From positions 2,040,001 through 2,072,000 of the forward strand of contig OY776328.1 in assembly GCA_963675515.1 (NCBI GenBank): a DNA stretch of 32,000 nucleotides. Direction: 5' to 3'. The position numbers and the translations under genes were made by a program. This document shows, piece by piece, positions 10,531-19,093 of this stretch. Origin of the DNA: Coprobacillaceae bacterium (GTDB lineage Bacteria; Bacillota_I; Bacilli_A; Erysipelotrichales; Coprobacillaceae). The notes under the pieces are model-generated. The model searched no databases and was not told the DNA's origin. It worked only from the letters and a program-made list of their open reading frames with translations. The first letter of the stretch is position 1. Every line of letters starts with the position of its first letter.

Positions 10531-11571
10531 GAGTGGTTTCTTGCAATCCTTGTGGCCACATTTATTGCATATCTGGCTGGACTCATACCAGCGGTCCACC
10601 TTGATGATTTCTCTGCCATACCATTCAGCCTTGTAGATAAGCTTAGCCACAAATGCCGACCAGGAAACATCGGATATGCTTTTAGCCAGTCTATGATTAC
10701 GCAACATTCCTAATGTGTTCAAGTCTTCTATGCAGATTACATCGTGGTTTTTGATGATCTGGGTTGTCAACTTGTTCAAAAAGTCATTGCGTTGGTTCAT
10801 TACCTTTTCATGGAGCAATGCCACTTTGCGTCTTTGTTTCTGGTAGTTTCTTGCTTCAAGAAGATTGATTCCTTTGCTTTTGGCTAGGCGTGCCCGTCTT
10901 GACAGCTTTTTCTGTTCGCGGATTAGTTTCTTTTCCATCTTGCCAGTGAACTTATGATTTGCGACTTTTCTGCCATTTGAAAATGTCGCGAAGTCACGGA
11001 TGCCAAGGTCAATACCGATAATCGAATTCGCTTTGGGCAATTGTTCGATCTTTTCTTCAACAACAATTGCAACAAAGTATTTGCCACTGGGATTTTTCCG
11101 GATTGTCGCCTTAATTATCCTTCCCTTGATCTCCCGACTCTTGGCGAACCTTACCAGACCTAACTTAGGCAACTTGATCGACTTGCCGATTACAGCGATA
11201 CTGTTGTTCACATTCTTTGTAGTGTAGCTTTGAACCGGATTCTTCTTGCTCTTGTATCGCGGGTGGCTGTTTTGCTTTTTAAAGAACCTCGCGAAAGAAT
11301 CGGAAAGATTCTTCACCGATGATTGGAGGGCGATGCTGTCTACTTCCTTTAGCCATTCCGTATTATCATCCCGTTTCATTTGAGGAAGCATGGCTGAGCA
11401 GGAATTGTAAGACAGACCTTTACCGGAATTGACATACGCCTCATTCCACAGATTAAGGAAATGATTGTAGACAAATCGGGCACATCCGATCGTTTTACAG
11501 ATCAGTATTACCTGTTCACTATCAGGGTAGATCCTGAACTTGTATGCCTTATGGTGCAACATCATCATCAC
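10423..11571 (-). CDS. tnpB: TnpB, RNA-guided RuvC-like endonuclease (IS605 OrfB family)
   Basis: YKFRIYP N-terminus, RuvC residues in IGIDLG, ICIEDL and NDRDINAS, and a zinc finger CNKCGH..CPNCG. The exact start among GTG/ATG codons at 11571-11562 is uncertain. Confidence 0.92.
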   Translation of the reverse strand: MMMMLHHKAYKFRIYPDSEQVILICKTIGCARFVYNHFLNLWNEAYVNSGKGLSYNSCSAMLPQMKRDDNTEWLKEVDSIALQSSVKNLSDSFARFFKKQNSHPRYKSKKNPVQSYTTKNVNNSIAVIGKSIKLPKLGLVRFAKSREIKGRIIKATIRKNPSGKYFVAIVVEEKIEQLPKANSIIGIDLGIRDFATFSNGRKVANHKFTGKMEKKLIREQKKLSRRARLAKSKGINLLEARNYQKQRRKVALLHEKVMNQRNDFLNKLTTQIIKNHDVICIEDLNTLGMLRNHRLAKSISDVSWSAFVAKLIYKAEWYGREIIKVDRWYESSQICNKCGHKDCKKPLHIREWTCPNCGSTNDRDINASKNILKEGLRIIAST

Positions 11572-11572
11572 C

Positions 11573-11977
11573 TTATTTCTTCTTCTGAGTTTTTATATAA
11601 TCTATTATCTGCTTTTGAGTATTATCACTAACGGTGGCTACGAAATAGCTGGGATTCCACAAATGACCTTTCCATAGACGACTTTTAAGCTCAGGGTGTT
11701 GCTTGAACAGAAATCTTGCAGATAACCCTTTGAACGCTTTTACCATACTGGGAATATGGTGTTGGGGCTTGCAATCGATAAGCAAGTGGATATGGTCCTT
11801 ATCCGATTCCATTTCAATGATATTTATGTCATTATCAGCTGCAATCTTAGTCAACAATTTCTTGACATCATCGTCAACTTGACCAGTCAAAATATCGTGA
11901 CGGTATTTCACACACCAGACCAGATGGTATTGAATCGAATAGACATAACCACGTCCGTAATTAATATCAGCCATCAT
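11573..11977 (-). CDS. tnpA: IS200/IS605-family Y1 (HUH) transposase TnpA
   Basis: 134 aa with YHLVWCVKYR, HUH motif HIHLL, and the catalytic Tyr region IIDYIKTQ. GAGGTG RBS. Confidence 0.92.
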   Translation of the reverse strand: MMADINYGRGYVYSIQYHLVWCVKYRHDILTGQVDDDVKKLLTKIAADNDINIIEMESDKDHIHLLIDCKPQHHIPSMVKAFKGLSARFLFKQHPELKSRLWKGHLWNPSYFVATVSDNTQKQIIDYIKTQKKK

Positions 11978-12122
11978 TTATCACCTCATATACATTTTAA
12001 CATATGGTTGCAAAAAATTACAGCTTTAAAGCACTTTTAGTCCATAATTTTAACAATATATGTAGCCAATAGAACACAGTTGAAAAGAGTCACAAAAAAG
12101 TCGATTCATCTCCACGACTAAA

Positions 12123-12140
12123 GTCGCGAGTGTTCTCGAC
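12123..12140 (-). repeat. Left-end imperfect hairpin of the IS200/IS605 element
   Basis: Minus strand GUCGAG-AACA-CUCGCGAC (stem with a 2-nt bulge). A second hairpin, AGUCG..CGACU plus a U-tract, lies at 12119-12099. Confidence 0.5.
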
Positions 12141-12279
12141 CAGTTAATAAATTTTCTCGATTTTTCATCAAATCCACCTTCTTTATCCAACGTAGTGAAA
12201 AAATCAAAGTCCAAAAACCATTCAAGATTCCACCAACCGATTAAAAAAATTCGCAGTTAAATATTCCGTTGCACTCGGT

Positions 12280-13465
12280 CTATCCATTCGCTGGCGGGGA
12301 TCGCATCGCCAATAACAACTGTGAAAGTTGGGCTGTGCCCCAGATTTTTGGCACCGGATAAGTCGGATTAGCTTCAGCCAGGGCCCGTTTGATTATTGTC
12401 CCAAAATCTTCTTCCTTGAGCATTTCCAGGTTTTCAGGGATGCCAAACGACCGGTTCCACGCCCGCAAGGAATCGATGAAATTCCGGGCTTTCGCCTCAT
12501 TGCTGTCACCGTCAATCCCGACCAGATCAGCCAATTCCGCCAGTTTTTTCTCCGAACTTTTTCCATAACGCTCCAGGACGTACGGCATTGTGATCGAGAT
12601 CGCCAATCCGTGGGGCAATCGCATGCACATAACCGACATAGGCATTCCTGAAAGCAACCCCCGCATAATACGCTACCAGAAGCATGTTTTGGCGAACTTG
12701 GAGATTGTTCCCGTCCTGAGCTGCCAGTTCCAGATTGTCATAGATGATCTTGATTGCCTTGGTGTCATTGCGTTTGGCTTTGGGTGATACAAACCGGTTT
12801 GTGTAGGCTTCAACGCTATGGCACAAGGCATCGATGCCCGTAAGATAGGTTTGCTCAAGAGCAAGCGAAATGGTCAAAACCGGATCAAGGATGGCATATC
12901 CAGGTATCAGGCACAGATCATTTATCGTATACTTGTAATGGGTCTGGTCATCAGTGATCACGGCGGTGGCCGAAGCCTTTGAACCTGTTCCGGCCGTGGC
13001 GGGAACGGCATAAATCGGTGGCAGTCTTCTCCTGATTTTAAGGATGCCGCTCATTTTTTTCAGGGGCCGGCCCGGCTTAACAATCCGGATACTAACCATC
13101 TTGGCGCAATCAATGACCGATCCTCCGCCAATCGCGATGATTGCATTGCATCGGTTTTCCCGGTAAAGTCTGGCCGCCTCATCACAGCAGCTGATCATCG
13201 GATCGGGTGGCACCGCACCATAGACTATAACCTTGATGTTCGCATCTTCCATATCCTTGATCAGTTTGGCCAGGGTGCCACGTCTGACAAAACCGTTTGT
13301 GGTGATAATCTCAACGCGGTCATTGCCATTCGCTTTGAGAAGTTCCGGCAACTTGTAGATGCTGTTGGGACCCACTAATAACTTGGAGTCCCGGGGATTT
13401 ATAACTACCATGACAAAGCTCATGACCATCTGGCGGATTCTGTAATATAGATATCTGATTCGCAT
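12280..13465 (-). pseudogene. Iron-containing alcohol dehydrogenase, disrupted (internal deletion plus frameshift at ~12614-12616)
   Basis: The N-terminal frame has AIGGGSVIDCAK and PATAGTGS.. up to ..GYVHAIA. The C-terminal frame begins immediately with PHGLAISITMPYVLERYG. About 9 residues normally lie between these motifs, including the second His of HxxxH, and they are missing. Confidence 0.8.
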
Positions 13466-13597
13466 ATAATTTACCTTCCTCAATTGCCTTTGAGGCAAAA
13501 TTTGAATCAATCATGTGGAAATTGGCCGTAGCCATCTCCGGGCCAACGATGTTGCAACAAATAATATGTAATTCTGCATAAAGACAATACTAGATTG

Positions 13598-13617
13598 GCC
13601 ATGCCGGCATGGCTTTT
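13598..13617 (+). terminator. Orphan terminator-like palindrome
   Basis: GCCAUGCCGGCAUGGC (16-nt perfect palindrome) followed by UUUU. No plus-strand gene lies upstream. Confidence 0.3.
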
Positions 13618-13976
13618 ACTAGCACAAATGGTGTGCAAGAAAACAAGGAACAAACCAGTTGTAAAAATTGATAGATGCGAGTAATTCTTATGCGAAGAAA
13701 TATTATTTGGAGTGCAAAAGCTTTTGATCAACTGGAAAAAGTGACCTAGATAAAAGCTTGGCTGATTGTGAATCATATCTCGAAAATCAAGAACAAGCGA
13801 ACCGGGAAAGATGTGGCCACACCAATATTTCCAATTGCCAATATTATGTACAGTATGATTTAGTCTGATTCTAAGCAGATTATATCACGTCAACACAACC
13901 ATTAAAACAGGGTAAAAAGAAATATATTCAAACCTTTTGTCCTCACAAACAGCGACGTCTAAATCCAATAGTAGCT

Positions 13977-14006
13977 TTCCAAACTCAAATGACACAACTG
14001 TATAAT
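13977..14006 (+). promoter_or_regulatory. Candidate promoter with extended -10
   Basis: TTCCAA, 18-nt spacer, TATAAT preceded by TG (TGTATAAT at 13999-14006). Confidence 0.35.
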
Positions 14007-14136
14007 CTAGTTATAAAATCTCAACCAGCAAGTGCGTGTTACCGTTGTGTTGCCACAAATCCTTATACTTCAATCATAAATGTTTTAGAATTCAATTTTC
14101 AATTATATATCCGATATAGAGACTGAAATAATCATC

Positions 14137-14329
14137 ATGAATTTTTTTTAAATTCTTTTTGGCATTTGTTTTGACAGTTGCCATGGTGTTGTCTGCACTC
14201 AAGCCGGTACATGCCAAAGACAAAGAAGCCACCGTTATTGATTTTGTGGCAATGGACGATTCTCTTGCGCCGGGGTGTGGGAAGTTGATAAGGAGCTCCC
14301 TGGTTGGGAAGATGCTTATTCAAAAGTAA
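14137..14329 (+). pseudogene. Candidate small secreted peptide ORF interrupted at a T8 tract
   Basis: ATG AAT then T8 (14142-14149) gives MNFF-stop. With T7 the frame would read [63 protein letters not shown], a signal peptide with a VHA-K cleavage-type site. No clear RBS. Confidence 0.2.
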
Positions 14330-14337
14330 GAGTCAGC

Positions 14338-14366
14338 TTGTAATCGCCTATTTGATATGTTATCAT
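14338..14366 (+). promoter_or_regulatory. Candidate sigma-70 promoter of phnA
   Basis: TTGTAA, 17-nt spacer, TATCAT, about 65 nt upstream of the phnA ATG. Confidence 0.45.
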
Positions 14367-14429
14367 GTGCAGGCACGGCAAATAACAAAACATCATTTTG
14401 CCAAATCAACAAAGAATGGAGTATACAAT

Positions 14430-14768
14430 ATGCAAGATTTTCCTAATTGTCCTCAATGCAACTCAGCATACACTTACCAGGACGGCAACCTTTATGTTTG
14501 CCCCGAATGCGGCCATGAATGGTCAGCTACAAGCGAAGTCAGCTCAATCGAACAGAACGTTGTCAAAGATGCCAATGGCAACATCCTGAGCGATGGAGAT
14601 TCGATTACCATTATCAAAGGTCTCAAAGTCAAAGGCAGCTCACAACCACTTAAAATGGGTACCAAAGCCAAAAACATCCGCCTCGTCGAAGGTGATCACA
14701 ATATCGAGTGCAATATTGACGGGTTTGGAGCTATGAAGCTCAAATCGGAATTCGTAAAGAAAATATAG
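14430..14768 (+). CDS. phnA: PhnA-family zinc-ribbon protein
   Basis: [31 protein letters not shown].. followed by the conserved C-terminal domain ..[45 protein letters not shown]. Start set at ATG 14430 (GGAG RBS), not the track's TTG at 14304. Confidence 0.9.
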   Translation: MQDFPNCPQCNSAYTYQDGNLYVCPECGHEWSATSEVSSIEQNVVKDANGNILSDGDSITIIKGLKVKGSSQPLKMGTKAKNIRLVEGDHNIECNIDGFGAMKLKSEFVKKI

Positions 14769-14782
14769 ACTGTAACATTGTC

Positions 14783-14808
14783 AACGGACCTCACGGTCCG
14801 TTTTTTTT
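14783..14808 (+). terminator. Intrinsic terminator after phnA
   Basis: AACGGACC-UCAC-GGUCCGUU followed by a U-run. Confidence 0.85.
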
Positions 14809-14943
14809 GTTTAAGTAGCAGCTTCCACAATAATATGCATACATATCCATAATCAAAAGTAGAAATCAATTTTAGATTCTTGATTAATGTAGTATAATTA
14901 AAAGAGAGAACTTGGGGACTTTAAGTATTTAAAGGAGAAGAAT

Positions 14944-15405
14944 ATGAGAAAAACAGTTGTTTTGCCCATCGCCGCTATAATTTTATCAGGATGCACCAAT
15001 TCAACTTCAACAACTGAGCTTGGGGAGATTGAGGGATATTGGCTCCAGGTGGAGTCCGACTGGTCTGGTGATGTGACCGATCTTAGTGAAAACAAAGACG
15101 TATACCTGGAAATAACACCTGAGAAGATGTATTTTTATAGGTATTTTGACGACACTGACACCCATGCGGTTGCCAAGAAATTCTACAAAATCGAAGATGA
15201 GAAAATATACTACAACTACTACGAATTCAAGGGTTCCAGATGGAAAGACAATATCGATGATATGTGCGGGGGTGTTTTTTACCCGCGCCGTAATCACGAA
15301 AAGCTGATATTGACCAGATATTACAACGACGAAAACGAGGATGAAGGGTATGAAAAGTACACCTATGTAAAGGTAGATGCAAAAGATTGGCCTATCGAAG
15401 AATGA
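14944..15405 (+). CDS. Hypothetical lipoprotein
   Basis: Signal peptide with lipobox ILSGC; GGAGAAG RBS. Confidence 0.7.
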   Translation: MRKTVVLPIAAIILSGCTNSTSTTELGEIEGYWLQVESDWSGDVTDLSENKDVYLEITPEKMYFYRYFDDTDTHAVAKKFYKIEDEKIYYNYYEFKGSRWKDNIDDMCGGVFYPRRNHEKLILTRYYNDENEDEGYEKYTYVKVDAKDWPIEE

Positions 15406-15430
15406 AAGACGAAAAATCAGGAGGCACATT

Positions 15431-16336
15431 ATGATAACATCAAAGAAATTCTCCAGAATGTTTATCCGGTCGACACTCATCTCAACCCTGTCCCTGGCGT
15501 CATTATCCGGTTGTAGCGGGAGTTCAACTTCAAAGGCTGAGCCCATAATATTTGAAGATGCCACATTTGAGAGCATGCTCCAGGAGGAACTAGACCTGGA
15601 CGTGATTTACGAATCCGACCTGGAGGGTTATACTGGCATAATTATCGCTTCGGATATCCTTCTCTCCCTTTCGGGAAACGGCAAATCCGGTGAAACTGTG
15701 ACCCTGTACGGAGATGACACTTTCGAATACAACGAAACCAGATACTCCCAGGATGGGACCATGAAGTCGCTTGAGGACTTGAAATATTTTCCGGATCTGA
15801 CAAACATCCGGGTTTACCAACAGCCGGGAATCGATTTTGCCACCATTGCCAACAGTGAAACGATAACGAATCTTTCAGTCAATCAAAACGATATCAGCGA
15901 CATCACCTTTTTGGAGGGTTTTGAACAACTAAAGCGGCTTTCCATATCCTCAAATGAGATATCCGACCTGGAAGGAATCGAAAACCTGAACAGCCTTGAA
16001 TATCTTTCAGCCATATCAAACAAAATCACCGACATTGACCCGCTGAAGAATCTTTCAAACATTAAGGAGCTTATCCTGACCTACAACGAAGTTTTTGATC
16101 TGACACCATTGATGAACATGAGCCAGCTCGAATACCTGTCACTCTATCAAAACAACGTTTCCAACATCGGTCCTCTAAAAGACATGAAATCGCTCAAAGA
16201 ACTGTACTTGAACAACAACAAGATTACCGACATCAGTCCGCTTCAGGATTTCGAATCGTTTGATAATCTCAATGTCTCGGGCAACCCGATTGTGAACATC
16301 GAAACAATCAGCCACATCACCAACGCGATAACGTGA
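15431..16336 (+). CDS. Leucine-rich-repeat (internalin-like) lipoprotein
   Basis: Start at ATG 15431 (AGGAGG RBS), lipobox SLSGC, and about eight 22-residue LxxLxxLxLxxNxIxDIxxL repeats. Confidence 0.8.
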   Translation: MITSKKFSRMFIRSTLISTLSLASLSGCSGSSTSKAEPIIFEDATFESMLQEELDLDVIYESDLEGYTGIIIASDILLSLSGNGKSGETVTLYGDDTFEYNETRYSQDGTMKSLEDLKYFPDLTNIRVYQQPGIDFATIANSETITNLSVNQNDISDITFLEGFEQLKRLSISSNEISDLEGIENLNSLEYLSAISNKITDIDPLKNLSNIKELILTYNEVFDLTPLMNMSQLEYLSLYQNNVSNIGPLKDMKSLKELYLNNNKITDISPLQDFESFDNLNVSGNPIVNIETISHITNAIT

Positions 16337-16401
16337 CATCCCAACCCATCTCCTTCTCCGCTTTTATTTGATAACCCTTTTTCAAAAATGATCAAACAAA
16401 A

Positions 16402-16449
16402 ATGACACATTGCCTTCTGTCAAACACAATGGCAATGTGTCATTTTTTC
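16402..16449. terminator. Long-stem terminator between convergent genes
   Basis: AUGACACAUUGCC / GGCAAUGUGUCAU: 13-bp perfect stem, 16-nt loop, then UUUUUU. Confidence 0.7.
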
Positions 16450-16548
16450 ATGGATATCTGTAAAAAGAACGTTAAGAAGATCCACATTTTCTAAAAGATT
16501 TGGATTGATGTCGCTTGACTCATCTACCGTTTGAATTGATCTTCCTGC

Positions 16549-17409
16549 TCAGCTTTTTTTGCCATAGTACATATCAAACATCTTGACCACTACCTTGTCA
16601 ATGATACTTTGGGGCACCAGGGTGGACAGTAGCGAGTTGAACTTGTTGCCGGCAATGATGTAGCGGTCTTTTGGTTTTTTCTTACTGAGGATATCGCCGA
16701 TCTGGCTGGCACAGATATCAACATCCATTCCGCTGTTGCCACCTTCGATGAAGTTGCGTTTGAAGCTTTGGAGACTGTCCATGTATTTTTTCTGGACAAA
16801 CGATATGTCCTGTTTCAATGCCTTGTTCCAGATGGGCGTGGCAACGGCGGCCGGTTCGATCATTATTGTCTTTACGCCAAAAGGATTCATCTCGCGACGC
16901 AGCGAATCGCAAAATCCCTCGAGTGCGAACTTGCTTGAGGCATATGGTGACAAAAACGGCATCGCGATTTTTCCGGCCATCGAACCGATGATCATTATGG
17001 TTCCAGCCGCTTCGATTATCGATGGAATGGCGGCTTTGATCACACTGATTGCCCCAAAGAAGTTGATCTCGAATGTCTTGCGATACAATTCCATCGGGAT
17101 GTCCTCGATCGGTCCGCCCAGGGCGACCCCGGAATTGGTGATCACGGTATCAATGACAAAGCCATCATCGTGCAAGCTTTTAATGAAGCCGACAAATCCG
17201 GCGACATCTTCCTGCAATGTCAGATCCACCTTCAATGCGGTGACTGAGTTGTCGTTGGCGAAGTGATTTTCCTCAAGATAGGTAATAACCAGCTTGCGGC
17301 CTTGTTTGCTTAGATAATCGGCCAGACTTTTTCCTATTCCCGAGTCACAGCCGGTAATAATGGTGATTCTATCCGATTTGTTCCAATGAATACTGTATTC
17401 TTCCTCCAT
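16549..17409 (-). CDS. Short-chain dehydrogenase/reductase (classical SDR)
   Basis: TGCDSGIG cofactor motif and the YASSKFAL (YxxxK) active site. Confidence 0.88.
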   Translation of the reverse strand: MEEEYSIHWNKSDRITIITGCDSGIGKSLADYLSKQGRKLVITYLEENHFANDNSVTALKVDLTLQEDVAGFVGFIKSLHDDGFVIDTVITNSGVALGGPIEDIPMELYRKTFEINFFGAISVIKAAIPSIIEAAGTIMIIGSMAGKIAMPFLSPYASSKFALEGFCDSLRREMNPFGVKTIMIEPAAVATPIWNKALKQDISFVQKKYMDSLQSFKRNFIEGGNSGMDVDICASQIGDILSKKKPKDRYIIAGNKFNSLLSTLVPQSIIDKVVVKMFDMYYGKKS

Positions 17410-17531
17410 GAATTGACCTCCCAGGGCAGCGATATCTCAAACCCAAATGTGAATGCGACATTACAAATCAAGTACTGCAACACAAAATTACGCATTGGCG
17501 GCCAAGTAAACTTGACAGTCACAAATCACAG

Positions 17532-17973
17532 TTAACCCAATCCGCCCATTATGAAAATGAAAACCAGATGCCAGAACAAAGCGCAAAGAACACCTACAAA
17601 ATAGTGATAAGGCAACTTTTTGACCGCCATCCATGCCAATAACCAAATATCACCAAACCATCAAGATAGAAAAGAGGGATTGGCAGATCGGCAGATAGCA
17701 TAGTGTTCATGGCAAGCTCGATATTGGCTCTTAGAAGCGCCAGCAAGATAATCGCCTTGATTGGGTGTCGCTTAGTTTGGAGTTAAAAAGCCGGGATGCC
17801 AAAAATCCCAGCACCACATAGCCAAAAGCGATGATTGCGATATCGAGGACCACCAGGGTCTTGGAGATTGGGTCATCGAATCCCAACACAATATAATAGA
17901 AATATACCATGGTCATGAAAACACTAATGATCAAGATACCGCTTACAGTCAAAACAAGCAAAGATGATGCCAA
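17532..17973 (-). pseudogene. Decayed small membrane-protein gene (three consecutive hydrophobic reading frames)
   Basis: The track ORF 17973-17731 (2 TM) is followed in a second frame by ..IKAIILLALLRANIELAMNTMLSADLPIPLFYLDGLVIFGYWHGW, and in a third by AVKKLPYHYFVGVLCALFWHLVFIFIMGGLG-stop. Family not recognised. Confidence 0.35.
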
Positions 17974-18503
17974 TTTGTTTTGGGATAATGTTGCATTTAT
18001 TGTGAAGTGTCTACCAGCATCTCTTTACTTTAAGTGCCAACCTGAAAAACACTAGTGATGTGCATTGCCTCAAATCAAACAAGCACCTTTCTTTACCACA
18101 TTATACCCCCATATTTGTAAGTATTAAACAGGACAAAAAATATCGATATTTTTGTCGTAAATGTAAAACGATACGGACAGCTCAAATTGTCCGGGCTTTC
18201 AGCTTATGGAAACATGATGCGTTTTAAAAAAACAACGGTTATTATGGAACTTATTCTACCCCCTGAGACCGCGAATCACCCGCACCCTAACCGGTCTTAG
18301 GTTCCTGGTATTACCGACCTTCGATAATATTAGTTCAGCCAGTTGGCAAACCCCATCAGAAGTTGCTTGCTTATATTGCGAGAAGTCAACCGGCCAATCT
18401 ACTAAAAAGAGGCAAGATCCACATGTGGTGGAGTCTCGCCCGGGATTGTTGCCTGCAATCATCATCATATTGATTGTAGATCGGATATGCATATGACCGA
18501 CAA

Positions 18504-19001
18504 TCAGAATATCAAATCATCGTCATCTTCGACTCCGGAATACTCGTCTTCATCGTCATCAAAATCGCAATAGAGATTTTCATACTCGTCTTCGACCATC
18601 TGATCGTACTTTTCCATTTCCCTGAGCCAGTATTTCTTTCTTCTCTTAACTACTTCAAGAAAAGTATTGTACTCATCTTCGGTTATGGCGCCTTGTTCCA
18701 TCATGCACTTGTAGAACTTCTTGATGCTTGCGACTGTCGAATTGATTGCGGTCTTGCTTGACCACATTGCCTTGCGGATGAACCAATAGCCAAAAAAATT
18801 TTCGACAGAATGAAGTCCGTAGCTCATCGGTTCTGGATCGTAGTAACAAAGATAATCGTTGATATAGAAATCCACATTCCATATATGCTGGGATATTGTC
18901 TTTTCTTTTAGTCCCTGATTTTCCAGCCACCGCTTGAACACCTCCAGGTGACGCTCGTTGTCGGACCTTATTTTTTCGATTTCGATTTCCACATCATTCA
19001 T
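18504..19001 (-). CDS. Hypothetical protein with a SAM-like (recombinase core-binding-like) N-terminal region and a poly-acidic C-terminal tail
   Basis: 165-aa ORF with ..LEVFKRWLENQGLKEKTISQHIWNVDFYI.. and the tail CDFDDDEDEYSGVEDDDDLIF. Family not recognised. Confidence 0.6.
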   Translation of the reverse strand: MNDVEIEIEKIRSDNERHLEVFKRWLENQGLKEKTISQHIWNVDFYINDYLCYYDPEPMSYGLHSVENFFGYWFIRKAMWSSKTAINSTVASIKKFYKCMMEQGAITEDEYNTFLEVVKRRKKYWLREMEKYDQMVEDEYENLYCDFDDDEDEYSGVEDDDDLIF

Positions 19002-19093
19002 TAGTCAATTCGCTCCCATTTTGTTTTTAGAATATTCATAACTCAATTGATATCTCATCATTAATTGATGAATCACCCAGATAACGGGTTTCA

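Larger units (their letters stand above)
10333..12166 (-). mobile_element. IS200/IS605-family element carrying tnpA and tnpB (ends approximate)
   Basis: A Y1 HUH transposase gene is followed 1 nt later by tnpB. There are subterminal hairpins downstream of tnpB (10343-10366, 10396-10410) and upstream of tnpA (12123-12140, 12099-12119), and no terminal inverted repeats. Confidence 0.7.

Noticed and set aside
12141-12180. 16-codon mini-ORF (MKNRENLLTGREHSRL) with an AAGGTGG RBS at the IS605 left end.
   Set aside because: Too short to evaluate, and it overlaps the left-end hairpin. Probably coincidental.
13507-13776. 89-aa minus-strand ORF upstream of the Fe-ADH pseudogene.
   Set aside because: No RBS, odd composition, and it overlaps the ADH 5' region. 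No recognisable motif.
16590-17266. ORFs 16590-16799, 16718-16912 and 16736-17266 overlapping the SDR gene.
   Set aside because: Alternative or antisense frames of a well-supported SDR gene, with low-complexity sequence.
18256-18492. A 78-aa minus-strand ORF, and a possible TPP-riboswitch reading of CTGAGA..ACCC..TAATACC-like strings.
   Set aside because: The ORF lacks an RBS and has an implausible sequence. The TPP-like elements are on opposite strands and in the wrong order and spacing relative to the THI-box consensus as I recall it. The region is kept only as an unclassified candidate RNA.
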